DNA from: Eledone cirrhosa | Lineage: Eukaryota | Assembly (NCBI GenBank): GCA_964016885.1 | Contig: OZ024741.1 | Span: 50,716,001 to 50,780,000, forward strand | Direction of reading: 5' to 3' | Length of the DNA: 64,000 bases | In this document: one piece after another, positions 23,690 through 38,344 of the stretch | Numbering within the stretch: the first letter of the stretch is position 1 | Layout: every line of letters begins with the position of its first letter | Program-made: the position numbers and the translations under genes | Notes under the pieces: generated by a model | What the model saw: only the letters and a program-made list of their open reading frames with translations | Database searches by the model: none | Told to the model about the DNA's origin: nothing

Positions 23690-25118
23690 CGTTTATGAAT
23701 TTGTTTAGCAAGATTCTTTATCTGAAAACGTGTGCTGAAACCGATATTGTTATACTTTGGGAGGGTCATGTTGCCAATAAGAAACACACGCAAAAAAACA
23801 GATCCTCCATTCCCATTATGCCAAGCCCACGACTTCCAAATATCTGATCCACCGAAACTCAGCTGTTTCGGACCGCACCAAAATCAACATACTGATTGCG
23901 AATTTGGAACGGGTGATGAGAAATGTGTCCCGCATGTGCAACCCCAAAGAACTAGAGAGACACATACAACACTTCATCCACCGTATGCAGTTTTCTGGTT
24001 ACAATCAGAGAGATAAGATCAGAGTATATAGAGGAGCCAGAACCAAATGGGAAAAAATGGTAAATAATGATACAAATGGGACCTGCCCCTTGTATAGGAG
24101 CAAATTTTGGAATAGAATAGAAAGAACTAGGAATAAGGTTAATAGAATAAACTCATGGTATGATAGCAATAAATACCAGAGTGTAATGTTCATCAATACA
24201 ACCCCAAGAGGTGAATTAGCTTACAAATTCAGAAGGGCCCTAGATAAACATAAACTCATATATTAAGATAGTAGAAAGACCAGGTACCTCCATAAAAACA
24301 CTTATTAGCAATACATACCCTTTTCAAAGACCTCCCTGTATAGATAAGAAATGTATAATCTGTAAACTAAGTCCCCATATCAACTGTAAAACTAGAAATG
24401 TAGTATATAGCATAAGATGTACTGAAGGACAATGTAGAGATAAGAATATAGTGTACATAGGTGAGACAGCTCGTAGTATAGGAGAACGGATAAATGAACA
24501 CTGGCGAGAGCTTCAAGATAGTAAAGAATCATCTGTACTCTACCAACATGCTAAAATAGAACATAAGGGTAAATTAGAGAACATAGAAATAAAAATAGAA
24601 TCTACACGCAGAAAAGACGCAATGTTTAGACAAATCACAGAGGCAATAAACATAAATGAACTCAAACCCAAATTAAATAGAAAGCATGAATGGAACAGTA
24701 ACATCACAACTTACAATTAAGGACAAAATGAAAACACACACGCACATAGAACAAACAACCAACCAGTAACATGTAAATAAACAAATAAATAAACAAATAT
24801 AAACACACACAGACACCTGCATGTAACACATGCGCAAACTAAGCACACAACACACACAAAAATAAGATGGCGAAGGACAGAACAAAGGAGAGGCACAAAA
24901 ACAAAGAAAAGAATCCCCAGTCACTGAAGAGGTCGCAGAATGTGTGACGAAAGAACTTTGACAATATATGAACAATCGTCTGGTTGTGGAACCAACCAAC
25001 CAACCGGAAATTTATAAATTCCTAAATTTATAAATTTAATTTATAATAAATTGAAGTGAAAGCAACTGGTGCGTGTGTTTCTTATTGGCAACATGACCCT
25101 CCCTAAGTATAACAATAT
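23684..25118 (+). mobile_element. PLE family A, 5'-truncated, with inverted terminal arm (23684-23791 minus, 23791-25118 plus); HHR at 24920-24962
   Basis: Highly similar to 8153-9510; GIY-YIG ORF at 24451-24720; both ends in (TA)n. Confidence 0.93.
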
Positions 25119-25149
25119 ATATATATATATATAAATATATATATATATA

Positions 25150-25196
<47 letters not shown>

Positions 25197-25547
25197 GAAT
25201 ATATTAGAATCAAAGAGTTCATTATTATCAACCCGAACAACCACAAATAAATAATAGACCAGAAATGCTCGAAGCAGACTGGTTATCACAATGACTTCAC
25301 GCATGAGTATTAGATACAAGCAGGCCAGTTTAGGAAGTACACACCGATCGTTCATTTAATTTTGAACTGTTTCAGCTCTACATTTGAAAAGTGGGTGATA
25401 GCCCTGAAATATCATGTTGAAATACATTGGATAAAACATTACTTTGTTTTGTGTCATTTGTCATCATTTTACCGTCGTATTTTTCTGCCGCATTGTACCA
25501 GGTTTTTGAAAATTATCAAATATATATATACATATAAACACACACAC

Positions 25548-25636
<89 letters not shown>

Positions 25637-25703
25637 TATGTGTGTGTGTATAGAGCAATGAAAAAAAACAGAAGTCAGCCCCACCGCAACCAGGTAGAAT
25701 ACG

Positions 25704-25764
<61 letters not shown>

Positions 25765-26212
25765 CACATATATATATATATATATGCAGTTTAAAATGCA
25801 CACATTGTACGCATCAATACGCATATTCAATGACAAATACACGCAGGAGACGTATATGCACAGACACACATGGTACATAAATAAAAACATATAGAGATGG
25901 CTAATTAAAAAAACTGTACATATATACATACGTACATACACAAATATAACATGAGTACACCGATAGAAATACTTGCGCATACACAAACGCACATATAATA
26001 CGCCATACATGCATATATATATATATACAAACATATATATATATACATGTCATTAACAACTCATACAGACATACATAGAAAAAGATACACAGACACTTTC
26101 CTACACATCCATACATCCATAGTTGAACACTCACATAAGTTCTCGCATACTGCCATACTATAGCTATATACACACGTCCGCACACAGACACACACACACA
26201 CGCGCACACACA

Positions 26213-26255
<43 letters not shown>

Positions 26256-26742
26256 ATATATATATATATAAATATAATTATATTTACATATATAGATAAA
26301 TACATATATTGATAGATACATACATATAAATATACACACATACATATATGTATATATGCTTATATATACATACACAGACATATTTATTATATACTCGTTG
26401 TTTTTGTAATTTTCTGATGTTTTAAAAACTTTTTGTTTGTTTTTTGCCCTCTAGTTTGACGAGATGGTGACGGTTATTTCAAGGAAGTAACAGCACCCCT
26501 CGTTCTAAATTGATATTTCCTTCCCAATAGAAGTCTCCATAGCAGAATGTCTGCAGTTGTTCTGCTAATGACGGTCTTGAACCTATTTTAGCTTCTTTCC
26601 GAACAGGAAATAAAGACCAGCTTCCCACTCGGTGCCGAGAATGAGCGACGCCTTGTAAGTGCTAACGGCTTCCATGTTCGCCTGACATAACGTTCTATAT
26701 GGCTGAAGCCTTATCGTCTGCTCGGAGGACGTAAAAAGCATC

Positions 26743-26810
26743 TATGTATGTATGTATGTATGTATGTATGTATGTATGTATGTATGTATGTATGTATGTA
26801 TGTTTGCATG

Positions 26811-26844
<34 letters not shown>

Positions 26845-26933
26845 TGTGTATGTGTACGTACGTATGTATTTGTGTATGTGTGTATGTATGTATGTTTTTC
26901 TTTCTTTTAATTTCGAGTATGTATTTATGTATG

Positions 26934-26967
<34 letters not shown>

Positions 26968-28096
26968 TGTATGTATGTATGTATGTATGTATGTATGTGT
27001 ACGTACGTATGTATTTGTGTATGTGTGTATGTATGTATGTATGTTTTTCTTTCTTTTAATTTCGAGTATGTATGTATGTATGTATGTATGTATGTATGTA
27101 TGTATGTATGTATGTGTACGTACGTATGTATTTGTGTATGTGTGTATGTATGTATGTATGTTTTTCTTTCTTTTAATTTCGAGTATGTATGTATGTATGT
27201 ATGTATGTATGTATGTATGTATGTATGTATGTATGTATGTATGTATGTATGTATGTATGTGTGTATGTATGTATGTAAGTATGTGTGTATGAGTGTATGT
27301 ATGTATATATGTATGTATGTGTGTGCGTATGTATATATGTATGTATGTATGTGTGTATGTATGTATTTATGTATGTACGCACATATCTATGTATGTATGC
27401 ATGTATGTACGTATATATGAATGTATGTATTTATTTATGTATGTATGTACGTATGTATGAATGTATGTATGTATGTATGTATGTATGTATGTATGTATGT
27501 ATGTATGTATTTATGTATGTATGTACAAATTTATGCATGTATTTATGTATGTAATAATGTATGCATGTATGTTTGTATCGTACATATGTATATATGTTCG
27601 TGGCTATGTGTGTGCATATATCCATTTGTATGTGAGATTATGTGAATTTGTGCGTGAGTGTTTATATGCGTGTATATATGTCTATTTGTGCTGATGTGAG
27701 TATGTCATTATATTTGTATATGTGTCTGTGTGTTTCTGAACTTGTTTGTATTCGTCAGAGCATCTAAATTGTGTGCGTGTGTGTGTGTGTGTGTATGTGT
27801 GTGTGTGTGTGTTTGTTTGTGTGTGTCTATAAACATCGTGTATGTATATATGTATGTATGTATTTGTGTATGTATGTATGTATATATGTTTGTATGTATT
27901 TGTGTATGTATGTATGTATATATGTATGTATGTATGTATGTATTTGTGTATGTAAGTATGAATATATGTTTGTATGTATATATGTATGTATATATGTTTG
28001 CATGTATGTATGTATGTATGTCTGTATGTCTGTTTGTATGTATGTATGTCTGTATGTATGTGTGTATGTATGTATGCATGTATGTATGTATGTATG

Positions 28097-28127
<31 letters not shown>

Positions 28128-29125
28128 ATATGTATGTATGTATGTCTGTCTGTATGTATGTATGTATGTATGTATGTCTATGTATGTATGTATGTATGTA
28201 TGTATGTATGTATGTATGTATGTATGTATGTGTGTATGTATGTATGTATGTATGTATGTATGTATTTGTGTATGTATGTAAGTATGTGTATATGTTTGTA
28301 TGTATATATGTTTGCATGTATGTATGTATGCATGTATGCATATATGTTTGAATGTATGTATGTATATACGTTTATATGTATATATTTATGTATGTATGCA
28401 CGCACACAAGCACACACACGCACACACACACATATATATATACAAAAATGTTAGAGAATTACATATGTGCAAGTGTGTGTATGTGTGTATTTACATTACT
28501 AACATGCGTGCGTGTGTGTATGTACAATGTGCAAGTAGGTGTATATACTTATATATACATTGCGTGCCAGAACAAAATCCATATACCTCTCTCCTTCCAC
28601 ACACTCTCTCTCCTTCTGATACGCAGGCACACACATACTCACACTTACACACTCTTACACACACAAACACACATGCACACACACACATATACACACACAC
28701 ATGCACACACACACACACACGCATACACACACAAATACACTCACACAAATACACTCACACACGCGCACGCACATACACACAAGCACACAAGTATGCACAC
28801 ATATACACACACGCACACACGCAAATACACACATACACAAAAACACACACATATATTCAAAACACATACACATATACACATACAAATACAGACATACATA
28901 AACACACTCGCACACACACATGCACACAGAAATACATATATATACATACACAAACACATTCACAAATCCACACATGCACACATAAATACACGCACATGCA
29001 CATACACGCACATACACGCACAGACACGCGCGCACACACACAAATACACGCACACGCACACACACGCACGGACACGCACACACACGCGCACACACACACA
29101 CGTATGTATAAATACATACACATAT
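26743..29125. repeat. Long degenerate (TGTA)n/(TG)n array switching to (CA)n
   Basis: Direct reading. Confidence 0.95.
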
Positions 29126-29473
29126 TATTACGAAGTTAAAACTGCAACAGGAATCTCCCAGAAACTTATAGTTTCTCTTGAAATCACATTCGATACACAA
29201 TTTTACTTTTTCCCGAGGAGCTGAATTTTCTTGAATTGAAACTCTGAGTTTCATTCTGCCGATTATTGAAACGATTCAAATAAAGAAGCAGCATGACAAT
29301 ACAAAGGTAGGCAGAAACGTTCAACAATGAAAGTGAGGAAAAGACGGTGTGGGAGAATAAAGAAAAGACCAAGAGGAGAGAGGGGAGTTCACAAAACATA
29401 TGTGAGAAGAAGCACGATACAGAAAAGACGTGTTGTGTAAGTATACATTACAGATACACTTATGTATATATGA

Positions 29474-29508
<35 letters not shown>

Positions 29509-29704
29509 TGTATGTATGTATGTATGTATGTATGTATGTATGTGTGTATGTATGTATGTATGTATGTATGTATGTATGTATGCATATATGTATGTATGTA
29601 TGTGTGTGTGTGTATGTATGTATGTATGTATGTGTGTATGTATGTATGTATGTATGTATGTATGTGTGTATGTGTGTATGTATGTATGTATATATGTATG
29701 TATG

Positions 29705-30341
29705 TTCTGGTTTTATAATTTCACAATTTTTTCCCCAATATAGAGAGAGTCGGTTTCTAACATAGACACAAGACTCTCTCATTGGAATTTACACAGCTAG
29801 GTAGATTATGTATGCATGCACGCATGTGTGGATATGGATGTTATTGTATGTGTGGATGTGTATGTTTTGAGTTGTATGTGTGCATATGTATATGCTTTGT
29901 ATCTGTACATGTCTATATGCAGTTATTAGATTCAACATTTTTGGAATGATTTACATATTTTTACTGTTCCATTAATGGATTGTACTTGTAATTTCGTAAC
30001 TAGTTGTGTTCTTCCTGTTCCCGTGAAGCCTAGCTTCTCAAGATTTGTATTGAGGCAGTTACTAACATATCCCAGTGCCCCAATAATCACAGGCATAAAT
30101 CTGAAGGTGCAATCAGGGTGGAGTATCTGCAGATTTCTCATCAGTTCTGCATAAATATTCTCCTTTTCGCTAATCTTTGATATTATATTGGCATCTGCTG
30201 GGCAGCTAATTTCCACTACTGTGCATGCTTTCTTCTCCCATATCATAATATCTGGTCTGTTATGCCTGCATTTTGTTGGGGTTTTTACTGGAACATTCCA
30301 CCAGTACTCTTTCATATAATGTACATGGATGTCTTCCACAT
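29705..30341 (-). mobile_element. 5'-truncated copy of the first R4/Dong family (REL domain + complete 3' UTR)
   Basis: 29873-30341 closely matches 1-472; ORF 29932-30339; (TGTA)n on both sides. Confidence 0.93.
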
Positions 30342-30416
30342 GTATGTATGTGTGTATGTATGTATGTATGTATGTATGTATGTATGTATGTATGTATGTA
30401 TGTATGTATGTATGTA

Positions 30417-33400
30417 TTATCTTTTTCTCTTAATTTCGAGTATATTTTTTTTGACCGGCCACCTTCCTGGTGGCAAGGTTGTAAAAGAAAAGAAATTGTC
30501 ATCCCTTGAATCGCAAGAATGTTTTGCAAATTTTGAAGGTGCCAGCTATCGCAGCCATTTGTAGACTATGAATTAGGGAGCTGCGCTTTTTGTCCGCAAA
30601 TCCAAGTTCAGTCATACTTTGGTCCAAGCGGGTTGGTATATAACCCGTAGCTCCAATAATGATGGGTATGAAGCTAAAGGTGTATACTGGATGTGTAAAC
30701 TCCTCATCAATGGTCCGTAGATGTCCTCCTTCTCCTGTATTTTTCTGACAACGTTTACATCAATTGGGCAGCTGATCTCCACAACAGAACACGTTTTCAA
30801 TGTGTGGTCCCAAACAACAATATCAGGCCGGTTGTGCTTTAATTTGGTGGCAGTTTTTATTTTCAGGTTCCACCAGTATTCCTTAGTGCCATCTGTCTCA
30901 ATATATTCTTCCTCGTTTGTTGTTAATTTTGTTTTCCGAAGTGCGTTCCAGATGGTTCTAGCTATCCCATCGTGTCCCATGGGGAGGTAGTAGCGAGATG
31001 ACATTCTTTCGCATTTGGCAACAATGTGGCTTACATCCTCGATCTTTGTTTTATATAGCCTACATTTATTGTCAGCTGCTGGCCCTCCTCTTTTGTGCAG
31101 CAGATATTTGGTAGGGAGTTCTTGTTCCTGTATTGCATAGAGATATCCCTCAAGGTGTGATGTCATAAACTTGTCGGAACTCCATGCCAGGCTTTTTGAG
31201 TGGTTTATCCCCTCTATGGTCTGTGTTTTACGCCTCAAGTATCCATGCACAACTTTTTCTGTAAATTGGTCAATTTTTTTTATCTTGTTTGAACATTGAA
31301 TAGGATCTTCCAATTTCTCTGGGTGAGAGATTTATATCACGCTTTATTCCATAACTCTCCTCCAGATCAGTCGCTATTCTAATGATATTTTTTTTTTCAT
31401 GCTCATAAACCTGGGTAAGATGGTTGCCAACCTTTTTCCTCTGTTGAAGGTGTTGCTTCAGTGTTACTATTCGGGTCTCATATGTTGTTGATATTGATTT
31501 TAGACCCCGGCCACCTTCCTTGCGTGAGAAGTATAGCCTATCCACATCACCATTGATGTTAAAATTCCCAGTAACACTGAGAAGTTTTCGAGTTCTAACA
31601 TCCATCTCACTTAGTTCTTGCAATGACCAGTTCAGCAGGCCAAATGTTGGCGTTAGAATTGGCACAGCATAAGTATTGTGGGCAATGTATTTGTTGTACG
31701 CTGACAGTTCTGATGACCATATTTTCTTTACTCTTCTGAGGTATTCAGTTCTGGTTCTCTCCTTATTTATGGGTCCATCATATCTGACATTCTCATCCTG
31801 TCCAAGATATCTGTAGTTGTCACCTGACTGTAGAGGTTGTATTGTCAGGCCGTTCATCTCTAGATTTCTAGAGGAGGGCACATCTTTTCCATGTTTTACT
31901 GCCAAATATGCACACTTGGACTCACCAAATTTCATTTTGATGTCGGTTGAAAATTGTGTAATGAGATCCAATTGTTTCTTGATGTCATTGATATTTGGCC
32001 CATACAACTTCAGGTCATCAACAAAGAAAAGATGGGAGATACTTCTGGGCCCACTTCTTTGTCCACCTTGTTTCCTGAGTAGGTAAGATAGTGGATTCAG
32101 TGAGAGAACGAAGAGTAGCACTGACAAGCTATCACTCTGAAAGATGCCCTTCTGGTAATGTATCTTATCAGTCTTAACTTGCTCCTTCTCACCTCTAAGG
32201 ATCAAATTGGTGTACCAGTTCTTGGTCAGGCGTTCAACAGCAGCTACAAATGGTTGTGGGACTTTAGCTAACTGTAAAGCCTTAATAATCCACCCATGAG
32301 GTACACTATCAAATGCTTTTTGATAGTCCAGCCACACCACAGTTATGTTTCTGCGATTCTTTGTTGTTTTTTCCTGAATCATTTTGTTAGTTAGTAGGTG
32401 ATCTATGCAACCCCACACCTCCCTCTTTCCACCAGCTTGCTCAGGTGTTATGATGTTGTTGGTAGCACAGTGATCCTGTAAGAACAGGTTAAGGCACCCA
32501 GTATATAATTTATACATGATGTTTTGGCAGGCTATTGGGCGGTAATTTTTAGCAAGGGTGGTTTGGCTATTTTTGGGAATGAGGAGAGTAGTGGCAGTTG
32601 ATAACCATCTGGGCAGTTCTTGTGTGCCTTTAATGGTTTCTGTAAAGAGCCGTATGAGATCTTGCCGATAGAAAGTGAAATTCTTCAACCAGTATCCTGT
32701 AATGAGGTCTGGCCTTGGCGATTTCCTATTCGACATTTTCTGTAGAGCTGTTTCCAGTATTGACCCATCTCTGTCATATTGTTTTGTCTGGACATGTTGG
32801 CAGTAGTCCTGTTCCAGTTCTTTTAGCCAATTAGTTTGTCTGTTGAATCCGTCATCCGTTTCCCATACAGATCTCCAGTAGCTCTCAACCTGTTCTTTTG
32901 AAGGGGTGTCATTTAAAGGGATTGAGCTTTTGCCACCGAAGCTGCGATAAACTGATTTAGGATCTCTGGCAAACAATCTATTTAGCACTTGTCGTTTATG
33001 TGCTGTTGACTTATATTTTAGTCTTTCTGTTGTAGCTGTGAGTTGTTGTTTAACTGGTGTAATTTGGAGTTCAAAGTTTTAAATTTTGTATCTCCAAATC
33101 GTCTCTCTAACTTTTTGTTTAGGTCTTCCTGGTGTCGTGTGAAGCTGCTCTCTATGTTGCATTTCATAACGACTGCGATGTGTGAGATACTTCGTCTCAG
33201 GGACAACATTTTGCTTTTTAAATTTCGCATCCACGCTGGTTCAGGCTTTCTGTTTGTATCTTGATTGCGTGGTTTTAGATGTGTGTTATATGATAGCAAT
33301 GTGACAGCTGAAACATATAACAAAATATTAAGAGTTTCAAATGTCGTTTCTACACCTTTAGATCGTATAGCCTTCAGATAATTGCTAGCTATTTCGTTCA

Positions 33401-34646
33401 CCGCTTTCAATTCCAATTTAGTGGGTTCTTTACTGATTCTGGTGTTGTATGGTCTGTCAACAACATTAAGGTTGTGTATCTCTTGAAACATATCGTTCCA
33501 TATCACTTGTAGGGTGTCCACAAGTTTTTGGTGCTCTGTTTGTTCAGTAGAGTCATGAATTTCAGCCTTCGTGTTGATGTGGTGACAATTACTACTAGAG
33601 TAAGCTGACTTTTCTCGCTGTTCTTCAGTGGAAGTGGGATGGATTTCAGCAAAATTGTTGGTGAGCTGTTCACTGTTAGATTTAGCTGGCCATTCTCTTT
33701 GTCTGTCAGTGGAGGTGGGGTGGTTGTCTACAAGGGCTGTATTTGTAGTATCACTCAATTCCGTTAGATGTATCAATTTACATCTAATGATACGTTTTGC
33801 CTGTTCATTTAAATGCTTTGGAGAAAAGTCTAATTCTAGGTGTTTGGAGTTCCATAAAGTTTTTAGCCTTTGCATAAAACCGAACTTTTGGGGTTCAGAT
33901 TGTTTGTATACTTCATATAATACTTTGTTAAGCTCGTAGCTCCACTGTATACAGCGGTTGTAGTTGCGATTTGGTCGAAGAAGACTTTTACTTTTTGCCA
34001 CGATGAGTTCGTCTATTCACTAATATTTCGTATTTATTTTTCAAAATAGTCGATGATCTTCTTTAAAAGTTTCGACAAAGTTCTGTCAGAATCAAATTTA
34101 AAGTTATTCACAGCTTGGGTAATATTTCTTTTCAGTTAGTTTTTAATTCTACAACTGTGTTTTAAACGTTGTTCTTGAATCGTTTGAATCGAGAACAAAA
34201 AGAACCGTTACTTAGTATATTTCTTTATGAATGTAATATTTCTTTATGAATGTAATAACAACGCTGTATTTATATGTTAAAGTTTATGTATCATTCATAT
34301 AAATAGGTGTTCTACAACTTATTCACAACATATTCACAGTTCAAACACTTATGTTTTTGTTTCTGAATCGAAAACGTTACTTGTATATTTCTTTATAAAT
34401 GTAATATAACAACGTTGCATTTATATGTTAAAGTGTATGTATCGTTCATATATCATAAGTGTATGTATCGTTCATATAAATAGGTGTTTTACAACACACT
34501 TACAGTTCAAACACTTATGTAGAATTATTGTATGTAATCTTACTGCGTAATGTAGCTCAACTTTTTCCAATATATGGTATGTTGCCTTCATGTAAGCCGT
34601 AATTACACACGTCCGATTATTGGACACTGACCACAACGGTCGCCAG
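30417..34646 (-). mobile_element. Second R4/Dong family, full length (~4.2 kb), few frameshifts
   Basis: ORFs 34001-33018, 32988-31270 (RT: WLDYQKAFDSV, FVDDLK) and 31313-30612 (knuckle, RPDIV, EISCP). The 5' UTR has a ~170-bp tandem duplication at about 34205-34520. (TGTA)n on both sides. Confidence 0.95.
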
Positions 34647-34710
34647 TATGTATGTATGTATGTATGTATGTATGTATGTATGTATGTATGTATGTATGTA
34701 TGTATGTATG

Positions 34711-35313
34711 GTCACATATGTCAGGTCACCAGTTGGTGCTACTGGTAACATGTATCCCAGTACAACCTGTCTCATGGTCGGGTCGTTGGCGACTAAACTG
34801 GCAACCCCACCAAGGTTTCTTGGTGAGGAGGGGGACTTTGGACATCCTGCAGGACTAAAAATAAAACCTGTCGAAGGCCAAAGGAGCTCTTAAGAGTCAA
34901 TGGCCATCCAAAATCATCCTGAGAGATGACCCCTTAGCCTTTATCAAGGCAGAATTCTAGGAGAAGGAAAACTCTGATATAACACCTGCAACTCTGATGG
35001 TATCCAATGATGTTGACTTGTTCTTCTTTTTGGTAAATATCATCTTGGTTAAGAGAGTGGGACTGGCTTTGTGCAGTGCCTTTGCTCACGGCACAGGCAT
35101 TGCTTTATATCTGGAGATCTCTCTGCACTTGTCGTCACATGGTACCATGGGCTCAGCACTATGTGTCAATAATTGTCACAAGTGTAGTGTTTGTACCAGA
35201 GTTTTCAAGTCGCTGGCTGGACTAAAAAGTCACACTCGTTCAGCGCATCGGTAGGGGTTCTCCTACATGGATATAAAGTAGTGGCCGTACTCGAAAACGA
35301 GTTGGCAGCCACC
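34711..35313 (+). mobile_element. Non-autonomous RTE-derived bipartite element with (ATGT)n tail
   Basis: RTE-like 5' UTR motif CTAGGAGAAGGAAAACTCTGA, C-terminal C2H2 finger CSVCTRVFKSLAGLKSHTRSAH*, 3' hairpin; second copy at 40022-40630. Confidence 0.8.
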
Positions 35314-35538
35314 ATGTATGTATGTATGTTTGTATGTATGTATGTATATGCCGTTTTCAACGCAGCATACTAAAGACATACAGAAAATTATGTGCAATGT
35401 TAGTTTAAGTTAGTTTGTGACCGATGATCGATTGCTTAGATTGATTTTAAGTAATGGTACTACGGGTAATGAAATAGCTTTTTCATTGAGAAGCACAAAC
35501 ATCAAGCCTAATTACTATGGTTTGATACCATAAACATT

Positions 35539-35574
<36 letters not shown>

Positions 35575-35670
35575 GTAATAATAATAAATTTGAAGACTAA
35601 AATCCAAAGAGGGCTCGATAAGGATAAATATATATCAAATATATAAGAACCGTAGAGCAAATATTTATTA
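35575..35670 (-). mobile_element. Family C terminal fragment
   Basis: Matches 5598-5694; abuts (TA)n. Confidence 0.85.
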
Positions 35671-35723
35671 TATATATAGTTCAAGGAGATAAAAAAAACA
35701 GACGTACAAAATAGAGACAGGAT

Positions 35724-35843
<120 letters not shown>

Positions 35844-35887
35844 TATATATGTATATATATGTATGTATGTATATATATATATATATG

Positions 35888-37678
35888 CAGGGTAAAGCCA
35901 ACATTTGGCCGTAACGGACTGCTTTTTATAGTAGCACGCAACCTGCCAATGTCCACCTTACTACCCCCCTGTTGATTACATATCACGTGATAATTCTTCC
36001 ATTTGTAATTTATACTGATATATATAATTATATACTTACCAAGCGACAATGAATTATACACAGAGATCCCGGACATGACTGCAGCCCAGATCGAAAAACA
36101 GACCAACTCCATCTGGTTCGATATCTGTAGGAGAAGACAACTCCCAAATAAAGTTAAGCTCAACTACACCACTAGAAATAGCAGACTGCCCACTTTCTAC
36201 CACCTCATCAAGACCCACAAGAATAGCACTAATACGCAAATAAGACCCATCGTCTCTAGCATAGAAGGACCCCTATACAAAATTTCCTGGTTCCTCTCCC
36301 AGATCCTCAAGCCTCTACTCTCCACCTTTCCCGGGCATGTCAGTAGCTCCGACGAAGTTATACGTAGACTACACCAACTCCAGCCAGAACAACTTAAACT
36401 AAATAAATATGCTTTTAGCCTCGACGTTGTCTCCCCGTCTACACTACAGTCCCCGCTCATCCAGCTGTCGATTTATTGACGGACTGCGTGGTAGCAGAGG
36501 ACATCCACTGCTACGGCCTCCACCCGACGGACATACACCAGCTTTTGTCCTTCACAGTAGACAACACGTACTTCACCTTCCACCACCACACATACAGACA
36601 GACAACAGGATTACCCATGGGACCCAGCCTATCAGGCCTGCTGGCCATCACCTACATGAACCAGCTAGAATGCCGAGCCCTCAACACCTGCCATTCCCAT
36701 ACCTTCTTCACCCGATATGTAGATGACATACTCATCCTTACATCATCCCGTGAGGAGGCAGATAAAATATACACAACATTCTCCAGCATGGACGCCAGTA
36801 TAAAGTTCAGCATGGAACACCCCGATGACCGCGGATCCCTATCCCTACTGGACTTCCATCTCAGGGTAACAGAGGAAGGCAACATCCACACCTGCTTCTA
36901 TAAAAAAGCTGCCAGCAGGGACCTGTTCGTACATTTCAGATCGGCCCTCCCACTCGGTGCCAAGTTCGGATACATAAGGAACAAACTGGCACGTATCCGG
37001 AACAAATGCACCGACGCTAGAGACCGAGACACACACACCACACATTTCCTGGAAGTACTCAAACTGAACGGATACACGACATCCACCACAAACCGTGCCA
37101 GAAAGAACAGAGGACATCACACCCGAGGCACTAACACTTGCTTCCTGAAGCTCCCACACTTCAGTAAAGAAACAACAACAGCCATCTGCAGAGCTATCAG
37201 ACGAGAGGGACTAGATATCCAACTGGCCCACTCAGGTCCTTCTCTACGCGGTCAGCTAACCAAAAGACACTCCACCAGACATGACAACTGCTGCAGACTA
37301 GCCAACTGCCCCATCAACGACACAGACCTATGCCACCAGGCTTACGTCGTATACAGACTAGAGTGTGACAAATGCAACAACTTCTACGTAGGTAGCACCA
37401 CCAGACCACTCCACATAAGAATAAAAGAACACCTCAATACTAACGCTTCCTCATTTAAGAAACACCTAGCTAGTTAAATGCAAAAACACCGACAAAACCA
37501 TAACAGTTAGGATAGAAACTAAGGAAAGAAACCTCGGCAATCTTAGAATTAAGGAAGCACTAATTATAGACAAAACACAACCACCAATTAATAATAGACT
37601 AGAACTCAACACCCAATTTATAACTTGATAGAGCTCCTAGCCCCATATTTACACCCCCCCCCCCCCCCACACACGCAC

Positions 37679-37710
<32 letters not shown>

Positions 37711-38242
37711 GCTTACACCTCCCCTTATTCTCTCTCACACATACACACACAAAACCAGTTCTAACACGAGATAACATCTATCCCCCACATTTACGTATAG
37801 ACATATCTTCTCACACTCACACACACACTCACATACTTACACCTTCATGCCTTCTCCCACACACTTAAACAGGCATGTATAAAAAACAAACAAAAAACAA
37901 TAACAAACCCCTCTTAAAGGGAGACTACTCTTTATCCACCTAATCTTAACTCTTTGACATTAGAGATAGAACAGATACTCTATACCATTTCCTGTCAGCA
38001 TAACTTGGCAGGCTTTTTAGAACACTGGTTTGACAGCTTTACTTCCCTCTGAAGAAGAGATATTATCTCGAAAATTTAGGACATTTAAATAAATCTAAGG
38101 TAAAAGACTAATTGTCAACAATATCTTTTGCATTTGCATTCTTTATTCTATGTCCATACCTGCATTGTTTTGGCTTTATTATACATATACAAACGTTTAT
38201 ACCTCATTACACAATGCTTCAAGTGAACTATAACCTCCTCCA
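35888..38242 (+). mobile_element. 5'-truncated PLE (Nematis/Poseidon-like, family D); HHR at 38046-38080
   Basis: ORFs 36075-36479 and 36476-37477 contain FYHLIKTHK, IRPIVS, SLDVVS, GLPMGPSLS, RYVDD and VVY.LEC..C..FYVGST.R....R..EH. HHR reads CCT CTGAAGA A GAGAT-ATT-ATCTC GAAA AT TT AGG. (TA)n flanks. Confidence 0.9.
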
Positions 38243-38268
38243 TATATATATATATATATACATATATA

Positions 38269-38339
<71 letters not shown>

Positions 38340-38344
<5 letters not shown>

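Noticed and set aside
26744-29254. Long MYVC/YIYI/THTH ORFs here and elsewhere in the window
   Set aside because: Translations of simple repeats.
35174-35254. Host C2H2 zinc-finger exon
   Set aside because: It lies inside a repeated RTE-derived element that is present twice in the window.
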